A stretch of DNA of 63,509 nt, filler included, from 9 parts of 9 records of this genome joined end to end with filler, not necessarily neighbours in it; one strand, 5' to 3'. Counted from the whole stretch's first letter, positions 18,845-29,000 are shown. Notes: a model not told the origin generated them from the letters alone. Numbers and translations are program-made.

Positions 18845-20043
18845 ATGGCCAGTGGGGGATTTATGCGCGTTCTGATTTTGCTTTCGATGGTTCTGGGCCT
18901 GCTTTTGGGCGGATTGTCCTTGCCCGCATCGGCGCAGGTTCTGGGATCTCTGATGCCCACGAAGACCGAAACACAAGATGCGCCGACCATCGACGAAATC
19001 ATGCAAAAAGCAGCCGAGAATGGCGTCGGTGTGGTTGTGATCGACCGCGAGGGCAATTTGCTGAGCCAAGACAGTGCGGATACGGCAGCATCTGCAGGCG
19101 AGGGCGAGGCAGGATCCTCCGCGTTGATGGAAACCCAGGACCAGATCGTCAAGTTCCGCTCTGCCCTGATTGATCGCCTGCTGGAGCTGCCCGATGCCTT
19201 TGCCGAGGTTGGATATATCCTGCGCGCGGCCAGCCCGGACGGGACCATCGCCGCCTTTGGCAAAGCGGTGCTTTATAGCCTGTTGTTGTTTGCAGCCGGT
19301 GCCTTTGTCGAGGCGCAGGTCTTTGGCAGACGCATCGCCCGCAGTTTTGTCGTCGCCCGCATTCAGGAAAACCCGGTCGGCTATGTCGAAAAAATGCCGT
19401 TCCTGATTTTCCGGTTCCTGATGGGCGTTGTCGGGATTCTGGTGTCGATGCTGGTGGCCTATATTTTGGGCTTTGTCATTTTTGGTCAACTCACCGACAC
19501 TGCGATGCAATTCACCGCAGCCTTGATCAACATCGCCTATTTCACCTGCCGGTTCGTTGCGGGCCTATGGCGGATGATCCTGTCGCCGTTCCTGTCGCAA
19601 TACCGCATACCCGCTCTGACTGACGCCGAGGCAAAGCGTTTGCATCGCTGGCTTTGGATTTTGGCCTCGCTGGACATTTGCAGCATCCTGTTTGGCGTCT
19701 GGATTGGCGAGTTGGGGCTGAACTACGATGTTTATGCCTTCCTGTTCTCGGTCATGTCCGCGGTGATCGTGCTGTTGAATATTCTGCTGGTCCTCGTCAA
19801 CCGGCGGGCCATCTCCAACGCGATGCGCAACGGCCGTGCGCCATCGGACAGCAGTTTCATCATTCGCACGCTGGCCCGTCTCTGGGCACCGGCGGTGATC
19901 GTCTATGTTATTTTGGCATGGTTCGACCTGACTTTTGATCTGGTGCTCGCCAACCCCAGCAGCTTCCCGTTGATTGCGGGGGCCTATGGCATCCTGATCT
20001 CGATCATCGTGGTCTATGGTGTGATCAACTACCTGATCGAACG
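18845..20043 (+). CDS. Large integral membrane protein, probably the N-terminal part of an MscS-family channel (truncated)
   Basis: Signal peptide, periplasmic segment, then many TM helices. The MscS core is not visible, so that call is inferred from context. Confidence 0.55.
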
Positions 20044-20143
20044 NNNNNNNNNNNNNNNNNNNNNNNNNNNNNNNNNNNNNNNNNNNNTTAATTAATTAAN
20101 NNNNNNNNNNNNNNNNNNNNNNNNNNNNNNNNNNNNNNNNNNN
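20044..20143. other. Artificial contig-joining spacer
   Basis: N44-TTAATTAATTAA-N44. Confidence 0.98.
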
Positions 20144-20381
20144 AGGCCGGGATTTTGCGACTCATAATGTCGACCAGATAACGATCGGTGAGACGACCCG
20201 CGCCGAGATACAGGAGATGTTCGGTGAGCCCTGGCGCACCGGTATTGAAGACGGCAAGCGCACCTGGACTTACGGCAAGTATCGCTGGTCCGCCTTTGGT
20301 GACGATGAAACCACGGATCTGGTGGTCCGTTTCAATAACGACGGCACCGTATCCTCTTACGTATACAACACCACCGAATAA
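20144..20381 (+). CDS. SmpA/OmlA (BamE-domain) outer-membrane lipoprotein, C-terminal part
   Basis: Not in the ORF track. My translation: GRDFATHNVDQITIGETTRAEIQEMFGEPWRTGIEDGKRTWTYGKY...DLVVRFNNDGTVSSY..stop. Confidence 0.7.
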
Positions 20382-20405
20382 AAGCTCCCGGGCGCCGGCC
20401 TGACC

Positions 20406-21044
20406 TCAATCAGCGGCCGGCGCCTGTTTCAGCGCCAGAACCTGCCCGGAATCCAGTTCCTCGATTAATGCCCCCCGGAACTGCCGGTTGATGAACCGCT
20501 CCGTTTCTACCTGAATCCGCTCCCGCTGCTCGGGCTTCTCGATATAGTCCATGGCCCGGAACAGGATGTAGCGGATGGTCATGTTGGAAATCTCCTGTAC
20601 CACCACCTCATCGACGCCGGGCACCAGCCCGCGCTCCAGAATATCCTCGGCCATTTCCCGGGCGCTGGCGTCCAGCTGTGCTTCGAGAGCCCGGCGTAAC
20701 ACGGGCGACGGGCCATGCAGTTCCCTGACCGCCACCGTGGTTGCCGCGGGGTTGGCCAGGAAGTAGTGGTACACAAAGGTGACGGTGTCGTGGGAGGCCT
20801 GTTCAGAGGAATCCGCCATCTGCCGCAGCTGCCGCACGCCGGCTTTCATGTCCTCGGCGATATACCCCAGCACCTGCAAACCGAATTCGTCCAGATTGCG
20901 GAAGTGCCGGTAAAAGGTGTTCGGATTTAACCCCGCCTCCCGGGCCAGTTCCCGCAGGCCCAGAGAGGTCAGGCTACGGCTTTGGGTAATCAGCCGTAGA
21001 GCAGCCTGGACCAGTTTCAGTTTTCCGCCGGCAAGTCGTTGCAT
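20406..21044 (-). CDS. TetR-family regulator, FabR/DesT-like
   Basis: SLGLRELAREAGLNPNTFYRHFRNLDEFGL resembles the FabR/DesT HTH. Start trimmed to ATG 21044. Confidence 0.88.
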   Translation of the reverse strand: MQRLAGGKLKLVQAALRLITQSRSLTSLGLRELAREAGLNPNTFYRHFRNLDEFGLQVLGYIAEDMKAGVRQLRQMADSSEQASHDTVTFVYHYFLANPAATTVAVRELHGPSPVLRRALEAQLDASAREMAEDILERGLVPGVDEVVVQEISNMTIRYILFRAMDYIEKPEQRERIQVETERFINRQFRGALIEELDSGQVLALKQAPAAD

Positions 21045-21109
21045 CGAGTCGTGTTTCCTTTGGGCGTTGGGCCAACAACCTGTCACTCAGGGCCATTCCT
21101 GTGCGAGTG

Positions 21110-21151
21110 GGTATACAGGTGTCTACTTTGACCGGTATACAGATGTCTACT
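21110..21151. promoter_or_regulatory. Tandem pair of 18-bp FabR/DesT-type operators
   Basis: GGTATACAGGTGTCTACT (21110-21127) and GGTATACAGATGTCTACT (21134-21151) are imperfect palindromes between the divergent genes. Confidence 0.75.
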
Positions 21152-21213
21152 GGTCATGATGACCACACCGACAACAACAGGCAAGGCCCTTCAGGCCACA
21201 CAGGAGTGCAGCA

Positions 21214-22797
21214 ATGAAACAAACCGCCAAGATCGCCATTATCGGCACCGGATTTTCCGGCCTGGGCATGGCCATCAAGTTGAAAGAGGCCGGCTTTGAC
21301 GACTTCGTGATTCTGGAGCAGAGCGACAATGTCGGGGGCACCTGGCACGATAACCACTACCCGGGTTGCGCCTGTGATGTTCAATCTGCGCTGTACTCCT
21401 TCTCTTTTGAGCAGAATCCGAACTGGACCCGCATGTTTGCTCCCCAGCCGGAGATTCAGGCGTACCTGCGGCATTGCTCCGAGAAATACGGCCTGATGGA
21501 TCACATTCGTTTCAATACCCACGTGGCGGGTGCCCGTTGGGATGAGGCCACCTCGGGCTGGGTTGTGGAAACCTGCAACAGTGCAAAACTCTGGGACTAC
21601 ATGGAAAAGAAAGGTTTGAAGCCCGGGGATGAGCTGGATCGCAGCGACAAGGCCCTGCCGCCAATCCGCAAGCTGCGAAGTGAGATTCTGGTGTCCGGCA
21701 TGGGCGGCCTGAGCACCCCCGCGTATCCGGAGATCAAGGGCATAGACACGTTCACAGGGGCCAGTTTCCATTCCCAGAACTGGGACCATGACTACGATTT
21801 TCGTGGCAAGCGGGTGGCGGTTATCGGCACCGGTGCCTCGGCCATCCAGTTCGTGCCGGAAATTGCCAAAGACGCCGCCCATCTGGACCTTTACCAGCGT
21901 ACGCCGCCCTGGATCATGCCCAAGCCTGACCGGGAAATCCGGCCACTGGAGCGGGCCATGTTCCGCAGGTTCCCGCAAACTCTGAATGCGTTCCGCCAGA
22001 GCATTTACTGGATGCTGGAAGCCCGGGTGCTTGGCTTCGTGGGTAACCCGCGCATTCTGAAAGTCGGTGAGTTGCAGGCCCGTCGACACATCCGCAACCA
22101 GATCAAGGACAAGGAACTGCGCAAGAAAGTGACGCCGGATTTCCACTTCGGCTGCAAGCGGGTGCTGATCTCCAACAACTACTACCCGGCCCTGGACCAG
22201 GAACACGTGGACGTACTGACAGACGGCGTTCGCGAAGTGAAAGGTAACACCATCATCGACAACAATGGCACCGAGCGCCCGGTGGATTGCATTGTCTATG
22301 GCACCGGCTTTAAGGCCCAGGAACCCATCCCCCGGGGCATGATCTTCGGCCGTGGTGGCCAGGATCTGCTCGACGCCTGGCGCGAGGGTGCGGAAGCCTA
22401 CAAAGGCACCACCGTGGCCGGCTTTCCAAACTTCTTCATGCTGATGGGTCCCAACACCGGGCTGGGCCACAGCTCCATGGTGTACATGATCGAGTCCCAG
22501 GTGCAGTACGTGCTGGATGCCATCAAGAAGATGGACCACCGAGGCTGGAAGAGCGTGGAAGTGAAAGAGGATGCCTACAGCCAGTACAACGCCTCTATAC
22601 ACGCCAAACTGGGCGACTCCGTGTGGCAGACCGGTTGCAAGAGCTGGTATGTGAACGAGAACGGCAAGAACACCACCTTGTGGCCGGGCTTCACCTGGCA
22701 GTTCCGACAGCAGACCCGGCGGTTTGATGCCGAGCAGTATGTGTGTGAATCGGCGGAGGTGATGGAGCAGGGTGGGGAGCCGGCATTGGCTGGTTAA
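21214..22797 (+). CDS. Baeyer-Villiger-type flavin monooxygenase
   Basis: Two Rossmann motifs (GTGFSG, GTGASA), GGTWHDNHYPG, and the BVMO fingerprint FTGASFHSQNWD. Confidence 0.93.
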   Translation: MKQTAKIAIIGTGFSGLGMAIKLKEAGFDDFVILEQSDNVGGTWHDNHYPGCACDVQSALYSFSFEQNPNWTRMFAPQPEIQAYLRHCSEKYGLMDHIRFNTHVAGARWDEATSGWVVETCNSAKLWDYMEKKGLKPGDELDRSDKALPPIRKLRSEILVSGMGGLSTPAYPEIKGIDTFTGASFHSQNWDHDYDFRGKRVAVIGTGASAIQFVPEIAKDAAHLDLYQRTPPWIMPKPDREIRPLERAMFRRFPQTLNAFRQSIYWMLEARVLGFVGNPRILKVGELQARRHIRNQIKDKELRKKVTPDFHFGCKRVLISNNYYPALDQEHVDVLTDGVREVKGNTIIDNNGTERPVDCIVYGTGFKAQEPIPRGMIFGRGGQDLLDAWREGAEAYKGTTVAGFPNFFMLMGPNTGLGHSSMVYMIESQVQYVLDAIKKMDHRGWKSVEVKEDAYSQYNASIHAKLGDSVWQTGCKSWYVNENGKNTTLWPGFTWQFRQQTRRFDAEQYVCESAEVMEQGGEPALAG

Positions 22798-22813
22798 AAC
22801 GGTAGATAATGAT

Positions 22814-22840
22814 GCGCCCGAGTCAGGATGCTTCGGGCGC
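22814..22840 (+). terminator. Stem-loop after the monooxygenase
   Basis: GCGCCCGAG...CTTCGGGCGC hairpin, with no clear U-tract. Confidence 0.45.
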
Positions 22841-23000
22841 TATGAGGTTGATGTAAGCCACACCACCCCAACGAGTGGTTGGTAGTTTTCGCGTTCCTGA
22901 AATACCATAAGCACCCCGATCCACTGGAACACGGATCATGAACTGGCGCCCTTGGTTATTCGGCGCTTGTTGCTAAGCCTGAAATTTCAGCAGGGAACGC

Positions 23001-24143
23001 ATGAATACGGAACAGGATACCGATTACCAGTACCGCGAGCGGGTGGTAGTGCCCCGCCCGGAAAAAGAACTTCGCTTTCGGAATGGACGAATCCCCGGGT
23101 ATTTTTCGATATTTCTCGGAGGCTTGAGCCTGGCGGCGGTGCTCGCCTACCTGTTCCCTTCCTATCTGACCACCACTGATCTTCGTGCCGCGTATGATGC
23201 CGAGGCGCTTCAGGATGTCCTGAAGCACGGTATGTGGTTCTCCCTGTTTTTCGGCATTACCACCTTCATTCTTGATCGGCGCAAACGGCTTGGCGCTGCA
23301 GGTATTGCCATGACGCTGATCGCGTTTGGCCTGGGTGGCTACAACGTCCCGGTCGGGCCGGTGGAGCCGAAACCATTGTCGCTCGGCGTGGACTGGCTGA
23401 TTCTGGCCTTTCTGGGTTCCACCATTGTCTTTACCAGCCTGGAGAAGCTCTTTCCGAAGTATCGGGAGCAGGTCATCTTGCGGGATCAGTGGGGGCTGGA
23501 TTTCTTTTACTTCTGCCTGAATCACCTGCTGATCTCAGCGGTTCTGCTGTTTGGCAACTTCCTGGTAACGCGCTTTGAATGGGTGGCCAGCGACAGTCTT
23601 CAGGCGGCTATCCAGAGCACGCCGCTATGGCTGCAGGTGGTTCTGCTGATTCTGGTGGCCGACTTCGTGCTGTATTGGGAGCATCGGGTATTCCATGAAG
23701 TCCGGCGGCTGTGGCTGTTCCATGCCGTCCACCATTCGGTGGAAACCATGGACTGGCTGGCCGGTTCCCGTGCGCATGTGGTTCAGATATTTATTGAGCG
23801 TGGGTTGGTTATGCTGGCCCTGTATCTGCTCGGGGCCAGCAAGGAAGCGCTGGATATCTACGTCACGTTTGCCGCGCTGCAGGCCATCATCATCCACAGC
23901 AATCTCAATGTGCCATGGGGGCCGCTCAAGTACCTGTTGGTAACGCCGCAGTTCCACCACTGGCACCACAGCTCAGAGAAGCCGGCCATCGATACCAATT
24001 ACTCGGCACACACGGTGCTCTTTGACCGGCTGTTCGGCACCTATCATTTCCCGAAAGCGTACTGGCCAGCGGAGTATGGCACAGCCCAGAAACTGCCGGG
24101 TTCCTATCTGGGGCAGCTGTTCTACCCGTTCCGCAGGCGGTGA
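23001..24143 (+). CDS. Sterol desaturase / fatty-acid hydroxylase family protein
   Basis: His boxes YWEHRVFH, FHAVHHS, IIHSN and FHHWHHS, plus TM segments. Confidence 0.9.
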   Translation: MNTEQDTDYQYRERVVVPRPEKELRFRNGRIPGYFSIFLGGLSLAAVLAYLFPSYLTTTDLRAAYDAEALQDVLKHGMWFSLFFGITTFILDRRKRLGAAGIAMTLIAFGLGGYNVPVGPVEPKPLSLGVDWLILAFLGSTIVFTSLEKLFPKYREQVILRDQWGLDFFYFCLNHLLISAVLLFGNFLVTRFEWVASDSLQAAIQSTPLWLQVVLLILVADFVLYWEHRVFHEVRRLWLFHAVHHSVETMDWLAGSRAHVVQIFIERGLVMLALYLLGASKEALDIYVTFAALQAIIIHSNLNVPWGPLKYLLVTPQFHHWHHSSEKPAIDTNYSAHTVLFDRLFGTYHFPKAYWPAEYGTAQKLPGSYLGQLFYPFRRR

Positions 24144-24238
24144 CCGGCAGTTGCCGTCACGGTGATGCAATGGGATGATGCGCGGGTTGCGTGCTGCCCG
24201 GCACGCATTCACCCATCATCTGAAACCGGCAGGATGTC

Positions 24239-25237
24239 ATGGCCAACCGAACTTCAACCCGACTGAACAAATACATCAGCGAGAGCGGTATGTGCTCCCG
24301 TCGGGATGCCGACCGGTTCATCGAGCAGGGCAACGTGCACATCAACGGTCGCCGGGCCCAGGTGGGCGATCAGGTGTTGCCCGGAGATGTGGTGAAGGTC
24401 AATGGCCAGGTGGTGGAGCCGAGAGACGAAGAAGATCTGGTGTTCATTGCCCTGAATAAACCGGTGGGTATTGTCAGCACCACCGACAGCGCGGAGAAAG
24501 ACAACATCCAGCGTTTTGTCGGCCACAGTGAACGGATTTTTCCCATTGGCCGGCTCGACAAGGATTCCCAGGGGCTGATTTTCCTGACCAGCAATGGCGA
24601 TCTGGTGAACAAGATCCTGCGCGCCGGCAATAATCACGAGAAGGAATACTTGGTCACGGTCGACAAGCCGGTCACCCGGGAATTCGTAGAGGGAATGAGC
24701 AACGGAGTGCCGATTCTGGGGACCATGACCAAGCGCTGCAAGGTCGAAAAGGTGTCCCGGTTTGTGTTCCGCATTACCCTGGTTCAGGGCCTGAATCGCC
24801 AGATTCGCCGTATGGCGGAGTACTTTGGCTACGAGGTGGCCAGGCTGGAGCGGGTGCGCATCATGAACGTCAGTCTGCAGGGGTTGCCGGTGGGTGCCTG
24901 GCGGGATCTGACGGAGAAGGAACTGGCGGTACTGTTCGATGCCATCCGGGATTCCTCGTCCGAGGCCACGGAGCCTGCTGGCAGCAAGCCCCGGAAGAAG
25001 CCGGCGGGTGCGAGGGGCGCTCGCCCGGGGCCCGGAGGCAAACCGGCGCGGGCTGGCGCAAAAGCTGGCGGGAAGTCACCGGCTGGTAAAGGGCGAAAAG
25101 GCCCCGGTTCCGGGCCCGGTAAACGGCCCTCTGGTAAACCCGGTGGCGGCCCAAAGCCGGGTGGTCGTGGGCCGGGGTCCAAGGGTAAGCCATCGAAACC
25201 GGGCAAGCCCCGCAAGCCGTCCATCAAGAAACGTTGA
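24239..25237 (+). CDS. rluF: 23S rRNA pseudouridine synthase RluF
   Basis: S4 domain [15 protein letters not shown], catalytic [18 protein letters not shown], and a K/P/G-rich tail. Confidence 0.9.
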   Translation: MANRTSTRLNKYISESGMCSRRDADRFIEQGNVHINGRRAQVGDQVLPGDVVKVNGQVVEPRDEEDLVFIALNKPVGIVSTTDSAEKDNIQRFVGHSERIFPIGRLDKDSQGLIFLTSNGDLVNKILRAGNNHEKEYLVTVDKPVTREFVEGMSNGVPILGTMTKRCKVEKVSRFVFRITLVQGLNRQIRRMAEYFGYEVARLERVRIMNVSLQGLPVGAWRDLTEKELAVLFDAIRDSSSEATEPAGSKPRKKPAGARGARPGPGGKPARAGAKAGGKSPAGKGRKGPGSGPGKRPSGKPGGGPKPGGRGPGSKGKPSKPGKPRKPSIKKR

Positions 25238-25322
25238 GTACCCATAGGTTCTCTTCCTTACGGCAAAAAAGCCTTTCGGACGCTATGCTTACCGGCTTTA
25301 ACCCTGTGCCGGATTTGCCCGA

Positions 25323-25955
25323 ATGTTTGAAACGTTTTTCTCTACCTATCTCAGCAGCACCATCCGATTCCTGTTCCTGCTGGCGCCATTTTTCGTGGTC
25401 ACCATGTTCCTGGCCCTCACTCGGGGGCTCTCGATGGCGGAGAAAACCTCCATCATTCGTCGGGCGTGTGTCTCTGCCTTTATTCTGGGTGTGATCCTGT
25501 TCTTCGCCGGCCCGCTGTTGTTCAACGCCATTGGCATCACCCTGAACTCCTTCCGCATCGGTGCCGGCAGCCTGCTGTTCCTCACCGCCATCAGTCTGGT
25601 GAACAGTGGCACCCGTAACCACGCCACCGGGTTGCCCGAAGAGGATCGGGATGACATCGCGGTGGTGCCCTTGGCCATTCCTGTCATGATTGGCCCGGCG
25701 ACCATTGGTGCCATCATGGTTTACGGCGCCGAGCTTAAAGCGGTGCCGGAAGTGGCCGGTGGTCTGCTGGGCCTGGTGTCGGGCTTGCTGATTCTGGCGG
25801 GATTGCTTCGCTTGTCCGGTTATCTGGAGAAAGCGTTGGGCAAGACCGGCCTGAACATTATGTCGAAGATCAGCGGCCTGATTCTTTCCGCGATGGCGGC
25901 AGAAATCGTGCTGACCGGTATTGCCGGCTTCATTGCCAGTACCTCGGACGCCTGA
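25323..25955 (+). CDS. MarC-family membrane protein
   Basis: Motifs GITLNSFRIGAG, DIAVVPLAIP and GPATI. Confidence 0.88.
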   Translation: MFETFFSTYLSSTIRFLFLLAPFFVVTMFLALTRGLSMAEKTSIIRRACVSAFILGVILFFAGPLLFNAIGITLNSFRIGAGSLLFLTAISLVNSGTRNHATGLPEEDRDDIAVVPLAIPVMIGPATIGAIMVYGAELKAVPEVAGGLLGLVSGLLILAGLLRLSGYLEKALGKTGLNIMSKISGLILSAMAAEIVLTGIAGFIASTSDA

Positions 25956-25990
25956 GACAATCCGGTCGTTATATCTGGATGGGATGAGTC

Positions 25991-26566
25991 ATGCCCGCGA
26001 ACACCATTGAGCATAATCGCAGCCGGTTCAATTTTGATGGCATCGAGGCCATCTGGCTCTTCGGCTATGGCTCGCTGATCTACAAAGTGGATTTCCCGTT
26101 CCTGGAGCAGCGCCCGGCAGCCATTCGCGGTTGGGCTCGTCGGTTCTGGCAGGGTTCTCATGATCACCGTGGCACCCCCGAAGCGCCCGGGCGGGTGGTC
26201 ACGCTGATTGAGCAGCCCGATGCCGTATGCAAGGGCGTAGCCTATCGGGTGTCACCCAAGGTCTTCGAGTATCTGGATGTGCGGGAAAAGAACGGCTATC
26301 TGCGCTTCAGTACCACCATGACCTTTGACGATGGCAGTCATGCCGAGGGGCTGGTGTACATCGCTACGGAAGACAATGAGGCCTTTCTGGGCGAGGCACC
26401 GGAAGCGGACATTGCGCGGCAGATTGCCCTCGCCACGGGGCCTAGCGGCCCCAATTCGGAGTATTTGCTCAGGCTGGCCGATTCGCTGCGTCAGCTGGGT
26501 GATGATTGTTCACACACCTTTGCCATCGAGGCCTGTCTTCGGGCGGAAGAACGGCTACCCCGTTGA
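25991..26566 (+). CDS. ChaC-family gamma-glutamylcyclotransferase
   Basis: Motifs WLFGYGSLI, RRFWQGSHDHRGTPEAPGRVVTL and GPSGPNSEYL. Confidence 0.9.
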   Translation: MPANTIEHNRSRFNFDGIEAIWLFGYGSLIYKVDFPFLEQRPAAIRGWARRFWQGSHDHRGTPEAPGRVVTLIEQPDAVCKGVAYRVSPKVFEYLDVREKNGYLRFSTTMTFDDGSHAEGLVYIATEDNEAFLGEAPEADIARQIALATGPSGPNSEYLLRLADSLRQLGDDCSHTFAIEACLRAEERLPR

Positions 26567-26599
26567 TTTGTCTCCCCGGCGGTCTCCCGCTCCGCCGGG

Positions 26600-26699
26600 N
26601 NNNNNNNNNNNNNNNNNNNNNNNNNNNNNNNNNNNNNNNNNNNTTAATTAATTAANNNNNNNNNNNNNNNNNNNNNNNNNNNNNNNNNNNNNNNNNNNN
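26600..26699. other. Artificial contig-joining spacer
   Basis: N44-TTAATTAATTAA-N44. Confidence 0.98.
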
Positions 26700-27069
26700 C
26701 CAGGTCGCCATCGTTATCCAGGTCGGCAAAAGTGACCAACTCAGACAGGCGGCCGTCTTCACCTTCTACGCGGCCCTCGTTGATATTTGACTCGGCGGTG
26801 ACGTCCACGAACATGCGCCCGCCGGCCGGATTTCTAAGGTTGAGCCAAAGAGAGAGCTGGTTGCGGCCATTGATACTGCCATTGTGCAGGATCACGTCGG
26901 GGTAAAAATCACCGTTCAGGTCGGCAATTGAAATGCGGAAACCGCGCTGGTCGTCCAGGCCGACTTCAGCAGTAACATCGGTCATCCAGGAGTCGTCCTG
27001 CGCCATGGCCGGCAGCGTCAGGGTGAGTGCCAGAAGTAGCAGTAGTGGAAGCTGTAACAAACGTTGCAT
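26700..27069 (-). CDS. Secreted FG-GAP/VCBS-repeat protein (CRTAC1/ASPIC-like), N-terminal part
   Basis: Signal peptide from ATG 27069, with ADLNGDFYPD, FVDVT and ADLDNDGDL repeats. Confidence 0.8.
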
Positions 27070-27342
27070 ACCAAGAACCTTTCGTTGATCAATTGACCTA
27101 GGGGAGAGAATTGACTGTAGAGTCAGTAAGCTACTGAATTTTTGCCCCTCGGAAAAGATAGTAGCGCCATTATCGGCCTTGTGGTGCTGGGGCCGGCGCG
27201 CAGGCAGGCAACTGCCGCCTGAAATCAAATCGCTGGGATGTGCTGCCGGTGTGTTGCACCGGCACAATCTATCCATGCCGGGAATATCGCTAAAAAAACG
27301 AAGCGGAGCTGCAACCAAGCGCGCAATTCAGGTTTGATATTG

Positions 27343-27457
27343 ACACCCGCGACCTCAGCAGGTTGGCGGGCGTACGAAACCAAAAAGCCCGGTTTAGTCT
27401 GTGCCTTCGGGCACACAACGAGAGCAGCCGTCCGCACCGGCGCTCTCGTTTTTTTTT
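27343..27457 (+). ncRNA. Candidate structured small RNA ending in an intrinsic terminator
   Basis: Three consecutive hairpins including TGTGCC-TTCG-GGCACA, then an AACGAGAGC/GCTCTCGTT stem with a T-run. No ORF ends here and the family is not recognised. Confidence 0.4.
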
Positions 27458-27578
27458 GCGTCGTTTTTACACTGCAGGCTGGATATTTTTGCTTGTCCCG
27501 CCTACAATCGAAATGCAGTGATTCGTCGTTGCTCACATCACAATCCGGCTGTGCGTGAGAATCCAGGAGATAGGAATT

Positions 27579-28304
27579 ATGCGAAAATTAAGCGCGCTCA
27601 GCGCCCTCTTTCTGATCGTGGCTGTGGCGCTCGTCAATGCCCAGCTCTTCGACAAGTTCAAGAAAAAAATTGGTGATGTGGTCGGTGGTGGTGACCTAAA
27701 TATTAGCGAAGAAGATGCCGTTGCCGGACTCAGGGAAGCCCTCATCAAAGGCACCAACGAAAGCGTCGATGTCCTCTCTGTTGCCGATGGCTATTTTGCG
27801 AATGACCTCGTCAAAATTCCCTTCCCCGAAGACGCCGCCAAAGTCGAAAAAACGCTGCGCCGCGTCGGCCTGGGCAAACAAGTCGATGACGCCGTCCTCG
27901 CCATGAACCGCGCCGCCGAAGACGCCGCATCCGAAGCCGCCGCTGTATTTGTCAAAGCTGTCAAAGAAATGACAGTCAAAGATGCGCTCGGCATCGTGCA
28001 GGGCGACTCAACCGCCGCAACCCGTTACCTTGAAAAACGTACCGGCGCTGTACTGACAGAGAGATTCCGTCCAATTATTGACAAGTCGCTTGAAAAAGTA
28101 GATGCAACACGCTACTGGGAAACGGCGATCAACAGCTACAACAAAGTCCCATTTGTGCAGGACGTCAACCCCGATCTTTCGGCCTATGTCACCCAAAAAG
28201 CACTCGAAGGCATGTTCACGCTGATCGCCGCCGAAGAAGCTGAGATTCGCCGCGATCCGCTGGCGCGCACATCCGAAATCCTCAAGAAGGTTTTCGGCTC
28301 CTAA
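27579..28304 (+). CDS. DUF4197-family secreted protein
   Basis: Motifs GLREAL..G, VKIPFP, MNRAAEDA, TAATRYL and EEAEIRRDPLART. Confidence 0.85.
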   Translation: MRKLSALSALFLIVAVALVNAQLFDKFKKKIGDVVGGGDLNISEEDAVAGLREALIKGTNESVDVLSVADGYFANDLVKIPFPEDAAKVEKTLRRVGLGKQVDDAVLAMNRAAEDAASEAAAVFVKAVKEMTVKDALGIVQGDSTAATRYLEKRTGAVLTERFRPIIDKSLEKVDATRYWETAINSYNKVPFVQDVNPDLSAYVTQKALEGMFTLIAAEEAEIRRDPLARTSEILKKVFGS

Positions 28305-28381
28305 GCGGCAATTCTCTGCCGGGAGATTGAACTTTTCAGACAGAAGTTCCGCCGGCCACTCAGTGCCCAATAATAAAATAG

Positions 28382-28419
28382 AAGTCGCGCTGCGGAACAG
28401 ATTCTGCGGCGCGACTTTT
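28382..28419. terminator. Probable bidirectional terminator between convergent genes
   Basis: AAGTCGCGCTGCGGAA-caga-TTCTGCGGCGCGACTT stem with A/T-rich flanks. Confidence 0.7.
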
Positions 28420-28432
28420 GTTATTAGTACAC

Positions 28433-28849
28433 TCATTTGGCAAAGTTGAGCATCACGTTTACGATCTGCCACTTGCCCTTGTTCTTGACCAGACTTATAT
28501 GCTGTTCGAACTTCATGGCACCGCCGCCAAAGTGGACATTAGCCACAGCCAGGTCGCCCATGACTTCGAGTGACTGAATCGATTGTGTGCGCGCCTCGCC
28601 GCCAATGATTTCCTTTTTAAGCATGTCCAGATAACCCTGTTTGTCCAGGCGGCTGAGCTCACCTTTATAGACATAGAAGTTCTGGAAATCGGCGTGCAGC
28701 ACAGCACCCGCCAAATCCAGGTCGCGATTATCGGCACATAAACGGAAATCAGTTACGGCCTGGCGCACCGCTTGGTCGTCACCGGCATGCAAGGCCGGAA
28801 CCAAAGTGAGCGCCAATAATAGAATGCAGAAACGAGCTTGATAAGACAT
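28433..28849 (-). CDS. Secreted NTF2-like (lumazine-binding-2-like) protein
   Basis: Signal peptide, VLHADF, IQSLEVMGDLAVA and SLVKNKGKWQIVN. Confidence 0.75.
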   Translation of the reverse strand: MSYQARFCILLLALTLVPALHAGDDQAVRQAVTDFRLCADNRDLDLAGAVLHADFQNFYVYKGELSRLDKQGYLDMLKKEIIGGEARTQSIQSLEVMGDLAVANVHFGGGAMKFEQHISLVKNKGKWQIVNVMLNFAK

Positions 28850-28880
28850 GGTAAATCCTCTGGAAATTGATGTGAGTTTT

Positions 28881-28926
28881 GTTGCTTAGGCAACGATTAT
28901 TTACTGTTTTTAGTTGCTTAGGCAAC
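28881..28926. promoter_or_regulatory. Two MarR-type operators upstream of the NTF2-like gene
   Basis: GTTGCTTAGGCAAC at 28881-28894 and at 28913-28926. Confidence 0.75.
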
Positions 28927-29000
28927 AATAATACACTGCGTTACACGCGCCAAAAGTCATCGGCGCGTCAACAGCAGTTGCTAAAAGTCCAAGGCTGGAA

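Noticed and set aside
24960-25237. Repetitive K/P/G-rich tail of RluF
   Set aside because: Low-complexity basic tails are common in this enzyme family, and there is no discrete DNA repeat.
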